Shown piece by piece: positions 14,061 to 28,338 of a DNA stretch of 64,000 nucleotides. The notes beneath the pieces were generated by a model. That model saw nothing but the letters and a program-made list of their open reading frames with translations. It was not told where the DNA came from and searched no databases. Each line of letters begins with the position of its first letter. Within the stretch, counting starts at the first letter, position 1. The position numbers were made by a program, and so were the translations under genes. Source of the DNA: Octopus sinensis (taxonomy: Eukaryota); the NCBI RefSeq assembly GCF_006345805.1, contig NW_021835967.1, forward strand, positions 22,178 through 86,177, written 5' to 3'.

Positions 14061-14461
14061 TATATATATATATATATGCTCACGCGCATATGTATACGTG
14101 CACGTATGCCCGACTCTGTGTGTGTGTGTGCGTATCAATATATAAACACATACGCACAATTTATATATACATATACAAATATATTTATACACATGTATGT
14201 ATGTATGCACACATGCAGACGACACAGTATATATATAAAATATGGGTACCAACATATTTTCGTTCAGCTAACTGTACGAAAATATATATTTTATTATATA
14301 TTCTATTCATTTCAGTGAACATTAGCGGTTTTTACTACATATATACATTCACTACGACTCTCTATACCCCGTATACAAACTGGACTACATATACTTTCAA
14401 CACACACACGGAAGCAATCATGCTTCCTCTAAACACAAACACTACACGAAGGAGTTTATAT

Positions 14462-14700
14462 TGAGCGGTGGTAATATATGCATAGCAGTGGTAATATATG
14501 CATAGCAGTGGTAATATATGCATAGCAGGGGTAATATATGCATAGCAGGGGTAATATATGCATAGCAGTGGTAATATATGCATGGCAGGGGTAATATATG
14601 CATAGCAGGGGTAATATATGCATAGCAGAAGTAATATATGCATGGCAGAGGTAATGTATGCATGGCAAGGGTAGTGCATGTATAGTAGAGAGAATATATG
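14462..14700. repeat. 20-bp minisatellite (gtaatatatgcatagcagtg) x ~11
   Basis: Direct inspection; the period is not a multiple of 3. Confidence 0.9.
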
Positions 14701-14834
14701 CACGGTAGAGGCGATGGTGGGGTGGTGGTGGTATGATAAATGGACGGAAGTGGGCAGCGAGGCGCATCTGAAATTATTGCACTTGATTGATGTGAACAAC
14801 ATAACTGGTAAACTGAGCACGTTAGTGTGTGAAA

Positions 14835-14934
14835 TGTATCTATCTATCGATCTATCTATCTATCTATCTATCTATCTGTCTTTCTGTCTATCTTTCTATC
14901 TATCTACATATGTTTGCCTGCCTGTCTGTCTGTT

Positions 14935-14986
<52 letters not shown>

Positions 14987-15034
14987 CCTATCTATCTACC
15001 TCTCTATCTATCTTTCTGTCTATCTGTCTGTCTA

Positions 15035-15103
<69 letters not shown>

Positions 15104-15160
15104 GTCTATTTATCTAGCTATCTCTCTGTCTGTCGGTCTATCTATCTGTCTGTCTGTCTC

Positions 15161-15223
<63 letters not shown>

Positions 15224-15510
15224 GTCTATCTATCTGTCTGTCTGTCTGTTTATCTATCTATCTTTCTGTCTATCTATCTATCTGTCTGTCTGTCTGTTTA
15301 TCTATCTATCTGTCTGTCTGTCTATCTATCTGTCTATCTATCTATCTATCTTTCTGTCTATGTCTGTCTATCTAGCTATCTATCTGTCTATCTATCTATC
15401 TGTCGGTCTATCTATCTATCTTTCTGTCTGTCTATCTGTCTGTCTATCTCTCTGTCTGTCGGTCTATCTATCTGTCTATCTGTATATCTCAATATCTGTC
15501 TATCTATCTA
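14835..15510. repeat. (ATCT/GTCT)n microsatellite
   Basis: Similar tracts at 1530-1960, 26888-27265 and 34078-34615 (AGAT-based). Confidence 0.95.
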
Positions 15511-15514
15511 TTTG

Positions 15515-15688
15515 TCTTTTGTTTCAGTCATTTGACTGAGACCATGCTGGAGCACAGCCTTGGAGCATTTTATTTTGTTTGCAAAGCCTGGTACTCATTG
15601 TATCAGTCGCTTGTGTTGAACTGCTAAGTTAAAGGAACATAAACACACCAACACTGTTGGTGAAGCGATTGTGGGAACAAACACACAC

Positions 15689-15721
<33 letters not shown>

Positions 15722-16295
15722 CGATGGGCTTCTTTCAGTTTCCATCTACCAAATCCACTCACAAGGCTTTGGTCAGCTCAGGGCTATAGCAGAAGACACT
15801 TGCCCAAGGTTCCACACAGTGGGACTGAACCCAGAACCATGTGGTTTGTAAGCAAGCTACTTACCTCACAGCCACTCCTACGCCTATATTATACTCTTTA
15901 CTCTTTTACTTGTTTCAGTCATTTGACTGCGGCCATGCTGGAGCACCGCCTTTAATCGAGCAATTCGAACCCGGGACTTATTCTTTGTAAGCCCAGTACT
16001 TATTCTATTGGTCTCTTTTGCCGAACCGCTAAGTAACAGGGACATAAACGCATCAGCATCGCTTGTCAAGCAATGCTAGGGGGACAAACACAAACATACA
16101 TGCACACATATATAAACATATATATACATATATACGACGGGCTTCTTTCAGTTTCCGTCTACCAAATCCACTCACAAGGCTTTGGTCGGCCCGAGGCTAT
16201 AGTAGAAGACACTTGCCCAAGGTGCCACGCAGTGGGACTGAACCCGGAACCATGTGGTTGGTAAGCAAGCTACTCACCACACAGCCACTCCTACA
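15515..16295 (-). mobile_element. Two adjacent SINE-A copies
   Basis: Copies at 15515-15880 and 15890-16295. Further minus-strand copies at 18410-19037, 22160-23030, 29280-29600 and 35800-36207. Confidence 0.85.
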
Positions 16296-17192
16296 CCTAT
16301 ATTATATGAACTTTTTGTTCATTTGTTTTTATTCTTCTCTTTCTCTTTTTAATTAAGAATATATTTTGACCAACAACCTACTTTGTAGCAAGGTTGTGAA
16401 TGAAAGCATCTTATTTTAACCATCACCCTTTGTTTATTTGTGTTTTTGTATGTGTGTATGTATGAGTATCTCCTCGCTCAGTCCCCTTCTCATAAGGTCA
16501 TATAAGTGTCACCTTTATCCCCATACTCTGCCCAGCAAGTAACCACCATCCTTACAAACACCAGTACACTTTGTGGTTATGTAGGTCAGTATCCCAACTT
16601 AACTTCTCCTGCTCTCCCTTCACTTACCCTTCTGGACTGATAACTTTCAGGTATTTCAAATTTTGTTACTGCTTGTTGTCATGCTGGCCCTATGAGGTGC
16701 ATCAACTGATTGCACCAATGATGTAATGTCATGTGTTGCTGAATACTGAAACATATGTAACATACAGAATCAAGGAAGACCAGGTCAATGCCTATGTTCT
16801 CTTTTTTCTCTGCCCTTGCATACAGCCTTGCTTGTCCCTTGCAACCTTCTCCAGCTGAGCATCCTAACCTTGCAGACACATAAGTGCAGGTACCACATAA
16901 AAAGCATCCAGTACACTCTATAACGTGGTTGACATCAAGGAGGGATTCTGGCTCTAGAAAGCAGACCAAAACAGACATGGAGCTTGAACAGCCCTTCAGC
17001 TCGTGTCAAACCATCCAACCCATGCCAGCATGGAAAACGGACGTTAAATGATGATGATGATGATGATGATGATGATTGTTGTGTTCTTTGTATTAGGTTA
17101 TAGACCACATTTGACTGGGGAGGACCCATGTGTACATATGACGGTGGGTGTTTAATGTGATTAACATTAGAGCTGAAACCTGTATGGTTTAA

Positions 17193-17392
17193 CTATTTAG
17201 CATTTATATTGGCCATACCGGCTCTGAAATTTTCTACCTGTTTTATGTTCAAACTGGACAGGTGTGGCCTCTCACATCTACCTAACAGTCACATTATTAA
17301 AATCTCAACGCTACAAGATAATGCATGATTAATTAAAAACAAAGTGAACGAATGTCAATTACATTTGACAGAGTAATATAAACACTAAAAGG
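17193..17392. mobile_element. piggyBac-type MITE (degenerate)
   Basis: TTAA on both sides; reverse-orientation homolog of 46035-46257. Confidence 0.6.
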
Positions 17393-18135
17393 TTAATAGT
17401 CACGTCTCAAGCACATCCATTTATATATGTGTGTGTGTGTTCCTTCAAGATTGCATCTACTAAATCCACTCACAAGGCTTTGGTCAGCCCTGGCATCATT
17501 ATTTAGCATCTGCAAGGTGGCAAGCTGGCAAAACCATTAGACTTGTTTATATCAGATGTTGGGAAACCAAAGTGCAATAGAGGACAAGCGTAGTTGTCCT
17601 GCTATAGAGGAGATACATTACAGGGTGACGCCAGTTTTTTTTAAAGAATGGGTGGAAGCAAGGAAGGTGGCAGAATTGTTGGCGTGTGGAACAAAATGCT
17701 TAGCAGTATTTCTTCCTTCTGTATGTTCTGATTTGAAATTCCGCTGGGATCAAATTTGCCTTTCATCCCTTTGAGGTTGATAAAATAAGTACCAGTTGTG
17801 AACTGGGGTTGATATATGTTTCTTTATTACCCACAAGGCGCTAAACATAGAGGGGGACAAACAAGGACAAACAAACGAATTAAGTCTATTACATCGACCC
17901 CAATGCATAACTGGTACTTAATTTATCGACCCCGAAAGGATTAAAGGCAAAGTTGACCTCGGCGGAATTTGAACTCAGAACGTAACGGCAGACGAAATAC
18001 GGCTACGCATTTCGCCCGGCGTGCTAACGTTTCTGCCAGCTCGCCGCCTTTATATCAACTGGGGTTGATATAATTGACTTACCCCTGCCTCCAAAATTGC
18101 AGGCCTTGTGCCAAAATTTGAAAGTAATATATATG

Positions 18136-18405
18136 AAGTTTTGAATGGTACAACAATGCACTGTAATACAAACAATAGACTATATACCTGTTGTAATTTA
18201 GTCATCCGTAGCCTGATTATATTTTGGAATAAAATTCCTTCTTCAGATATTCGCGCTGCTATAGATTATAGCAGCAACTCCATCTAAGAATATCTGAAGA
18301 AGGAATTTTATCCCGAAATATTATCAGACTACGGATGACTAAATTACAATAGGTACATAGTCCATTTTTTTGTATTATAGTACATTGTTGTACCATTCAA
18401 AACTT
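18136..18405. repeat. Fold-back palindrome (~115-bp arms) whose inner ends carry an HHR-like core
   Basis: Arms at 18136-18252 and 18288-18405. Right arm reads CUGAAGA-A-GGA(AUUUUA)UCC-C-GAAAU-AUU-AUC; stem I is weak. The loop holds a gctgctata-gat-tatagcagc hairpin. Confidence 0.7.
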
Positions 18406-18651
18406 TTTATTACTCTTTCACTCTCTTTTACTTGTTTCAGTCATTTGACTGCGGCCATGCTGGAGCACTGCCTTTTTGTCGAGCAAATCAACCCCAGGAT
18501 TTATTCTTTGAAAGCCTAGTACTTATTCTATCGGTCTCTTTTGCCGAACCGCTAATTTACGGGGATGTAAGCACACCACCATTGGTTGTCAAGCGATGTT
18601 GAGGGGACAAACATAAACACACAAGCATATACACACACACACACACACACC

Positions 18652-18698
<47 letters not shown>

Positions 18699-19438
18699 GA
18701 CAGGCTTCTTACAGTTTCCGTCTACAAAATCCACTCACAAGGCTTTGGTCGGCCTGAAGCTATAGCAGAAGACACTTGCCCAAGGTGCCACGCAGTGAGA
18801 ATGAACCCAGAACCATGTGGTTTGTAAGCTAGCTACTTACCACACAGCCACTCCTACGCCTATATACATATATACGATAGGCTTCTTTCTGTTTCCGTCT
18901 ACCAAATCCACTCACAAGGCTTTGGTTGGCCTGAGGCTATAGTAGAAGACATTTGCCCAAGGTGCCACGCAGTGAGACTGAACCTGGAACCATGTGGTTG
19001 GTAAGCAAGCTACTTACCACACAGCCAATCCTACGCCTATATTCATTAGATTTTAAAAGGTGAATGATAGCAGATGGTTGGAGATGGGTACAGAGTTGAC
19101 TGTAGTGAATGGAATAAGGGTGGAAATGGTCAATGGTAATATAGATGTTAGTAATGCCACTCGGGTGGGGAAGGTCAGCTTTGCCTTTCATTCTGTTTGG
19201 GGGCAGGCAATAAATTAAGTCCCAGATAAGCACTGGAGTTGAAGGAATTGACTTAACCGCCCCGTCCACCAAAATTATATATATATATATGTACAGCATC
19301 TTGGGCAAGTGTCTTTTACTATACCCTCGGGCCGACTACAGCCTTGTGAGTAGATCTGGTAGACGAAAACCGAAAGAAGCCTTTAGTATATTTATATGTG
19401 TGTTTGTGTGTGTATATACATTCATATATGTATGAATG

Positions 19439-19511
<73 letters not shown>

Positions 19512-19515
<4 letters not shown>

Positions 19516-19652
19516 CTGTAATTGTAATATGTGACAATTATTCGGTAGCCAAGATAGAACTCTGAGTTTCGGATACCGAGGTGGAAATCCACGCCACCAT
19601 TTAGTTTTATCTTGTCTACTGAATAATTGTCACATATTACATTTACAGATAA
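19512..19652. repeat. Short fold-back palindrome
   Basis: Arms at about 19512-19560 and 19603-19652. The minus strand of the loop has CCGAAACUCAGAGUU, the 3' half of an HHR only. Confidence 0.6.
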
Positions 19653-19793
19653 ATTCCTCTATTTACATAATATCGAGGTCTCTTTCTTTCTTTTGTTATC
19701 TTACCGTTTTTATCAATATATATATAGACACACACATACATATATACATATACATATACATATATATATATATATATACACACACATACATAT

Positions 19794-19825
<32 letters not shown>

Positions 19826-19900
19826 GTATATATATACAAATGTATATATATATACACACATATATATATATTTAAGAACGCAGAAAAAGACATTTCTGTT

Positions 19901-19943
<43 letters not shown>

Positions 19944-20610
19944 CATACATAACTCTACAGTGTAGTACGCTGCAACTGTTATTAGCGTACAAAAACGATT
20001 GTTTTAAACAGAAGATAAAGCAAGTGGAACAAAAATAGAGAGAAGAAAACAGCAACAAAAATGGACGAAAAGTTATCGTCTGCCTTCCGCCATTTTTTCT
20101 CTCCTCCACTAAATCATTATATTGCATGTACGCTAGTGAAAGTAGAGTGCAACGATGTGTGTAGTGGATTCGCAGCACTATGCGTTGTATATATGTATAT
20201 ATACTATGTCTTCTGCAATATTCATTCAAATTATTTGATCAATATTGTCGGGATTTTCCTTCATTTTGCTTTACATTCTCATCACTCTTTGTTCTCACTC
20301 GCTCTCTTTCATACAATTTTAGACATTTGTTATTATCAGGAGGATCACATCACTATCATTTTCTTTCTTTTTTTTTTACTGATGTATATACTTTTGTTTA
20401 TACCGTGTATACTTTTTCTACATTTCTCTTTTTTATTTATCATTTCATTCTAAGCAAATCCCTGCACTTCATATGTCTGTCTTTGTATTATCACCCCTAT
20501 CTCGCCCCCCCCCGCCTTGTGGCAAATACAGAAAGCGTTATTAAAATAAACCATCATCATCATCATTATTATTGTTATTATCATCATTATTATTATTATT
20601 ATCATTATCA

Positions 20611-20641
<31 letters not shown>

Positions 20642-20685
20642 CATTATCATTGTCATTATTATTATTATTATTATTATCATTATCA

Positions 20686-20719
<34 letters not shown>

Positions 20720-20934
20720 CATTATCATTGTTATTATTATTATTATCATCATTATTATTATTATCATTATTATTATTATTATTATTATTATCGTCATCAT
20801 CATTATTATCATTATTATCATTATCATTATTATTATCATTATCATTGTTATTATTATTATCATTATTATTATTATTATTATTATCATCATCATCATTATC
20901 ATCATTATCATTGTTATTATTATTATCATTATCA

Positions 20935-20978
<44 letters not shown>

Positions 20979-21743
20979 TTTTTTTTTTATAGTTAAAAAT
21001 GGCTTGCATTCTATTTTATTTTCTACTCTTATTTTCTTATTTCCTTTTTTCTTTTCGCCTTGTTATTTCTGGCTTAGAGCTTGATTGAAAAACGAAGCAA
21101 GAATGAGAGATGGTAGTTTCTGTTAAATGACTGACCACATATTTTCATATCTCTCTCTCTTTCTCTCTCTCTCCTCCATCTTTCTCTTTCACTTTCTTCC
21201 TCTCTACGTCTCACCCCTTCTCTCTTTCCTTCTCTTCTCTCCTCACCTCTCTCTCTCTCTCTCTCTTTGTCTTCTACCTCTCAGTCTCCCTCTACTTTCT
21301 GCTTGCCCCCCTCTCTCTCTCTCTCTGCCTCTTGTCCCTTTTATGTCTCTCTCCTTCTCCACCTATTCCTTCTTCACTCCTCATTCCAACCCTTCCTCTC
21401 TCTCCGTCTCCTTCCCCTTCTCTCTCTCTTTCCGTATCCCATTTTTTTCTGTCTCCCTCTCCCTCTTTCCTGCTCTCTGTCTCACCCTCTCCCTCCCTTC
21501 CTCTTTCCTCTCTACCTCACCCTCTCTCCCTCTCTTCCCTGCTCTCTGTCTCACCCTCACCCTCTCCCTCTCTTACTCTCTCATTCCTCTGCCTCCCCCT
21601 CCTTTCCCTTTCTCTTTCTCTTTCCCTTTCCCTCTCACTCTATTTCCATCTTCCTTTCTTTCCTCTTTCGCCTTCTCTATGCCTCCCCGTCTTTCTCTCC
21701 TGACGAAAGGAAGCAATTATCACGGTGCGCCGGCCACACAGAC

Positions 21744-21775
<32 letters not shown>

Positions 21776-21843
21776 GGGGGGTAGAAAAGTATGTAAAAAT
21801 ACACATGGACAAGAGCGTATACTCATAGAAGACGATACAATAA

Positions 21844-21887
<44 letters not shown>

Positions 21888-23047
21888 TATTATTAATAAC
21901 GCTATGCCGAAGCGAAATCTTAGTGCAAAGTATATGCTAGAATGTGTAAGAAGGAAGGTTGATTTTTTTTTTATTGTCTGACCTCTAAACAGGTGAGATT
22001 TTAATATATCGACTGGTTTAAAACAAACCACCTTCACCTTCACCTGGTCTTTGAAGATCTCAGCAGGTGTGTCCATTTTGTCGCAATCATTCAAGCCAGG
22101 CTCCCCCTTCGACCTTTCTCTCCACCCCCCCCCCCTTCATGCTCGCCTAAGCATTTCATACTCTCTTTTACTCTTTTACTTGTTTCAGTCATTTGACTGC
22201 GGCCATGCTGGAGCACCGCCTTTTTTAATCGAGCAAACTCGACCCCGGGGCTTATTCTTTTTTGTAAGCCCAGTACTTATTCTATCGGTCTCCTTTTGCC
22301 GAACCGCTAAGTGACGGGGACATAAACACACCAGCATCGGTTGTCAAGCAATGCTAGGGGGACAAACACACACACGCATATATATATATATTTATATATA
22401 TATATATATATATATATACTCTTTTATTCTTTTACTTGTTTCAGTCATTTGACTGCGGCCATGCTGGAGCACCGCCGTTAGCCGAGCAAATCGACTCCAG
22501 GACTTATCTTAGTAAACTAGTACTTAATCTATTGGTCTCTTTTGCCGAACCGCTAAGTAACGGGGACATAAACACACCAGCATCGGTTGTCAAGCAATGC
22601 TAGGGGGACAAACACAGATACACAAACACACACACGCATACACACATATATATATACATATACACGATAGGCTTCTTTTCAGTTTCCGTCTACCAAATCC
22701 ACTCTCACAAGGCTTTGGTCGGCCCGAGGCTATAGTAGATGACACTTGCCCAAGGTGCCACACAGTGGGACTGAACCCGGAACCATGTGGTTGGTAGACA
22801 AGCTACTTACCACACAGCCCTGTGAGTTTTTTTTTTTAAATCGATTGACTGCGACCATGCTGGAGCACCACCTTGAAGGGTGTTAGTTGAACAAATCGAC
22901 CCCAGGCCTTGTTTCTTAAGCTTAGTACTTATTCTATTAGTATCTTTTGCTGAACCGCTGAGTTACGGAGACGTAAACACACCAACACCGGTTGTCAAAT
23001 GGTAATAGGGGAACAAACAGAGACGCAAAGACACACTCTCACACATA

Positions 23048-23632
23048 CCTATTTCTTTACTACCCACAAGGGGCTAAACACAGAGGGGACAGACATAGGT
23101 ATTAAGTCGATTACATCGACTCCAGTGCGTAACTGGTACTTAATTTATCGACCCCGAAAGGATGAAAGGCAAAGTCAGCCTCAGAGGAATTTGAACTCAG
23201 AATGTAACGGCAGACGAAATACCTATTTCTTTACTACCCACAAGGTGCTAAACACAGAGAGGACAAACAAGGACAGACATAGGTATTAAGTCGATTACAT
23301 CGACCCCAGTGCGTAACTGGTACTTAATTTATCGACCCCGAAAGGATGAAAGGCAAAGTGGACCTAAGTGGAATTTGAACTCAGAATGTAGCAGCAGATG
23401 AAATACCTATTTCTTTATTACCCACAAGGGTCTAAACACAGAGGGGACAAACAAGGACAGACATAGGTATTAAGTTGATTACATCGACCCCAGTGCGTAA
23501 CTGGTACTTAATTTATCGACCCCGAAAGGATGAAAGGCAAAGTCGACCTCGGTGGAATTTGAACTCACAACGTAACGCAGACAAAATACTGCTAAGCATT
23601 TCGCCTGGCGTGCTAACGTTTCTGCCAGCTCG
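23048..23632 (-). mobile_element. SINE-B head plus 3 tandem bodies
   Basis: Same unit and junction as the other arrays. Other SINE-B copies at about 1325-1500, 17815-18050, 24222-24672, 25020-25180 (+), 31548-31722 (+) and 55395-55585. Confidence 0.8.
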
Positions 23633-23894
23633 CCAATTGTTGCAGTAGAACTCTTGATTGACGGTCTGGCCCAGGGGGGGGATGATTATTCGGTGCACAA
23701 TACGACATTTCCAGATGAAATACCGCTAAGCATTTCACCCAACATGCTAACGATTCTACCAGCTATTGTTCCTGAAAGTTATATTTTATATTTTCGCTTG
23801 AAGCTTACTAACTTCCTACACCTTGATCTATGGATTATACCTTTACATATCTATCTATTTATATGTATGTGTATATAATATATATACATATATA

Positions 23895-24215
23895 TAGAGT
23901 GGGTACAGAAATGATACCATATTTTTCGTGAGAAACTCATGAGTGAGGGGAGCTCGATAAAGAATCCAATTCTTTGTATTTCACTAATCCAGTTGCTTTC
24001 ACCGAATGTCTTCCCTCAAATGCTTCAAATTGTTGCCGTAGAACTCTTGATTCACGGTCTGGCCCAGGGGGGGGGGATGATTACTCGGTGCACAATACCA
24101 CATTTCCAGGTGTGACACTTGTGGTAAGTGTGGGAGATTTTCCAGATTGCTTATCGTCTTCCGAGGACGTTCTTCCACTTTCGAATCGTCCGTGCCACTG
24201 AAAACATTGCGTACG
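23895..24215 (-). mobile_element. Internally deleted mariner transposase relic
   Basis: Minus strand gives QWHGRFESGRTSSEDDKQSG (HTH region) joined to ..PPGQTVNQEFY..LKHLREDIR (catalytic region). The same PPGQTVNQEFY block is repeated at 23636-23712. Confidence 0.65.
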
Positions 24216-24819
24216 ACACATTTATTTCTTCATTGCTCACAGGGGGCTACACATAGAGGGGATAAACAAGGACAGACAAAGGGATTAAGTCGATTACATC
24301 GACCCAGTGCGTAACTGGTACTTATTCAATTGACCCCAAAAGGATGAAAGGCAAAGTCGACCTCAGTGGAATTTGAACTCAGAACGTAACGGTAGACGAA
24401 ATACCGCTAAGCATTTTGCCCAGCGTGCTAACGTTTCTTATTTCTTTACTGCCCACAAGGGGCTAAACATAGAGGGGACAAACAAGGACAGACAAAGGGA
24501 TTAAGTTGATTACATCGACCCCAGTGTGTAACTGGTACTTAATTTATCGACCCCGAAAGGATGAAAGGCAAAGTCGACCTTGACGGTATTTGAACTCAGA
24601 ACGTAATGGCAGACAAAATACGGCTCTGCATTTCGCCCGGCGTGCTAACGTTTCTGCCAGCTCGCCGCCTTGCGTACGACCCATTGCTTCATTATTGTGA
24701 ACTTGCCAAAGCATGCTCAATGTCATGTCTCTATAGCAGACTTCCCAAGTTCAACACAAAATTTCACGTTGGCCCTTTGTTCTTATCCATAACAAAATTG
24801 CAGACTACAGTCATCATCA

Positions 24820-25020
24820 TCATCATTATCATCATCATCATCATCATCGTTTAAAGTCTGTTTTCCATGCTAGCATGGGTTGGACGATTTGACTGAGGAC
24901 TGGCAAACCAGATGGCTGCACTTGGCTCCAATCTGATCTGGCAGAGTTTCTACAGCTGGACACCCTTCCTAACGCCAACCACTCCGAGAGTGTAGTGGGT
25001 GCTTTTATGTGTCACCTGCA
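24820..25020 (-). mobile_element. SINE or LINE 3' end with an RTE-like tail and (GAT)n
   Basis: ggttggcgttaggaagggtgtccagc...aaacgatgatgatg. Other copies at 4543-4712, 16900-17075 (opposite strand) and 28425-28800. Confidence 0.65.
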
Positions 25021-25207
25021 TGAGTTCAAATTCTGCCAAGATCAAATTTGCTTTTCATCCTTTCGAGGTCGATAAATTAAGTACCAGTTACGCACTGGGG
25101 TTGATGTAATCGACTTAATCCCTTTGTCTACCCTTGTTTGTCCCCTCTATGTTTAGCCCCTTGTGAGCAATAAAGAAATAAGGCTATCAGTGACTTTTCT
25201 CTCTCTG

Positions 25208-25522
25208 GTCTTGACTCTGTGCAGACTTTTCTGCCTGTCCCCTGTTGGATCCCTGCTTTTCCTTGCAGCTTCTTTGCAGCCTTTTTTGCAGCATGACACC
25301 CTAATGTTCTGCTTGAGGGAAGGCCTTTCTCTCCCAGGTCGTGTTGGTTTTGAATTGTTTCTGCAACTTTGTTTTTCTTTTGTTAGGACGGTTTAGGGAG
25401 AGAAAGGCCTTCCCTCAAGCAGAACATTAAGGTGTCATCCAGCAAAAAGGCTGCAAAGAAGCTGCAAGGAAAAGCAGGGATCCAACAGGGGACAGGTAGA
25501 AAAGACTGCACAGAGTCAAGAC
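25208..25522. repeat. Fold-back palindrome, ~128-bp arms, 60-nt loop
   Basis: gtcttgactctgtgcag...ctctccc (25208-25335) mirrors gggagag...cagagtcaagac (25396-25522). Confidence 0.85.
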
Positions 25523-26167
25523 TTGCTGCCTAAACTCCAACTGGAATTGCAATTAAAATTGCAGGTGTGTTAGAGCTGCCTTTATGAGGATTGGCTATGG
25601 ACAGTGTTTAAGTTGAGCAGGTATGTCCTGGTACTCCTTAGGTTGCAAAGACAAGGGTTCTAGTTGACCCGGTCAATGGAACAGCCAGCTCATGAAATTA
25701 AGGTGCAAGTGGCTGAGCACCCCACAGACATGTCTACCCTTAATGTAGTTCTCAGGGAGATTCAGTGTGACACACAATGTTACAAGGCCGGCCCTTTGTA
25801 ATACAGGTACAAGTCATTCTCACCAGGTGAGTGGACAGGAGCAATGTGAAATAAAGCGTCTTGCCCAAGGACACAACACGTCACTGGGAATTGAACTCAC
25901 ATCCTTATGATCATCAGCTGAATACACTAACTACTAAACCACATGCCTGATATGTACATAACAGAATAAAAGTAGAGACTAGCAAACAACTAGCACCTGT
26001 ATTTACATTATTTACATTTGACAGATATTTGTCCTCATATACCCACAGGCATATGGCGTAGTGGTTAAAAGTGAGGGCTACAAGCCTATAATTACTTATG
26101 TAATTTTTTCATCCATAGACTCTTCAGTACAATCGTTCCAATTCAGTATAATTTGTAGAACTAAACA

Positions 26168-26405
26168 CTAGTTGTCCTTATAAAATTAGACGTGTGCATA
26201 GTTCTACCGATTACATTGGAGTTTTTTTTCAAATGTCTAAGATCTGGTGTGCTAAATTCCGGAAACAGTTCTGTAGTTAATGTTGTGTAAATGGGCAAAA
26301 AATGTGTAAAATTTGAATGAAATTGTTTGTGTAGTTCTCAAGTTTTAGGGATTCACACAGACAGACAGACAGATAGACACACTTTCTCAGTTTTATATAT
26401 ATAGA
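26168..26405 (-). mobile_element. Non-autonomous Helitron-like element
   Basis: Minus strand a|TCtatatatataaaactgag...caaCTAG|t. Confidence 0.55.
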
Positions 26406-26914
26406 TATATATATAATCAAAATAAGCAACAAGGATATCCTGAGGTAATGCAGTACGATTGTTTCATACAACTCCATTTAATTGAACAATGCAATCATTA
26501 CATCAATTTAAAATGCAGAGCAATCTTCAGCTGCACAAAGACATAGAATTTAATTAAATTAGAACAGATGGACACATTAGTATAATTATACCTAAAATAT
26601 CCAAGAAGTTAAGGAGATAGACAAAGAACATGCTGCTTCTCTCCAGGTCTAGTCAACCAGCTGGCTACATTTTTCTGTCTGTCTCTCTCTGTCACTCTGT
26701 TTGTCTAGCTATAGCTTTAAAAAATTTTTTTTATTATATCCCCCCCTTATTTTGTCCTCTTTCTTTCCATTTACGATCCCTTTTGATCGAAAACCAAACC
26801 CCCTTCTTTTATCCCCCCCCCCCCAAAAAAAGCTCTACCTTGTAATTTTGTCCTGTCTGTGTGCCCTGTGTGGCTTATAAAGAAACATATCTATCTATCT
26901 GTCTGTCTCTCTGC

Positions 26915-26956
<42 letters not shown>

Positions 26957-27041
26957 GTCTGTCTACCTGTCTGTCTCTCTGCCTATCTACTTATTTATCT
27001 ATCTATCTATCTATCTATCTGTCTGTCTGTCTGTCTGTCTA

Positions 27042-27146
<105 letters not shown>

Positions 27147-27173
27147 CTGTCTATCTATCTATCTATCTAGCTA

Positions 27174-27253
<80 letters not shown>

Positions 27254-27901
27254 ACTAACTAACTTTCTATCTATCTCTCATTACAGATACAACACAAGAA
27301 GAGTGATACACGGGTACGTACGCACACACACACACAAGGATGGACGTACAGTTGAGAAGGAAAAACGACGAAAGAAAGAAAGGAAGAAAGAAAGAAGTAA
27401 CAAAACAACCGGTTACTACCCATGCTACTACCATTCCAACGAGGGCTAGTCATACCAAAGGTGGTGGAGAAGGGATGCAGGGAAGAGATCCGAACGGCAT
27501 TTAAGATAGCAAAAACACAAACAAAACCTCCCACAGAGAAGCGAAAGAGCCGCGTTGACAACGGGTATTCTTAGGTTAATAATACCAGACAGAGTTGTTA
27601 TTGCTTGAGAATACACGTAATCGACTGGTCTCTCCAAACAGCACAAATCTTCTTCTTCTTCTTCTTCTACGACGCCGGGCACCCGTAATTAATGACCATC
27701 GTCTGCTACGCCACCTGCTAAGCCTTCTGCTGCTTCCTCACCGCATCATCATGGACGTCCTCGAAAAATACTACGACTCGGCTGTTTTTCCTCTTCTTCT
27801 CTCAGTGTCTCTCTGTCTCTCTGTCATTTCTATATCTGTATGTCTGTCTGTGTGTCTCTCTCTCTCTCCTTGTCTTTCTCTCTTCTGTGTCATATACTCA
27901 C

Positions 27902-27938
<37 letters not shown>

Positions 27939-28058
27939 TATATATATTATATATATATATTATATATGTATATATAACAATAAATATTAGGGAATAAATC
28001 CAAATTTACAAGGAAAAATCAGATTTAAGATTGAATTCAATTTTATAATAAAATATTA

Positions 28059-28338
28059 TATTATAATAAATTAGAGACAAAACCACTATTATGCAAATCA
28101 AACAAAGAAAGACTTAAGCCAATACATAAAATATAAAATAATTTATAAATTAAATTTAACAAATGAATAACCACTACGATCGTTTCGTGTCAGCACATCT
28201 TAGACATTCTTCAGGTGGTTTCGTAGTGGTTATTCATTTGTTAAATTTAATTTATAAATATTTTATATTTTATGTATTGGCTTAAGTCTTTCTTTGTTTG
28301 ATTTGCATAATAGTGGTTTTGTCTCTAATTTATTATAA

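Noticed and set aside
14362-14820. Cys/Tyr-rich ORFs over the 20-bp minisatellite
   Set aside because: The period of 20 is not a multiple of 3, and all frames are similarly open.
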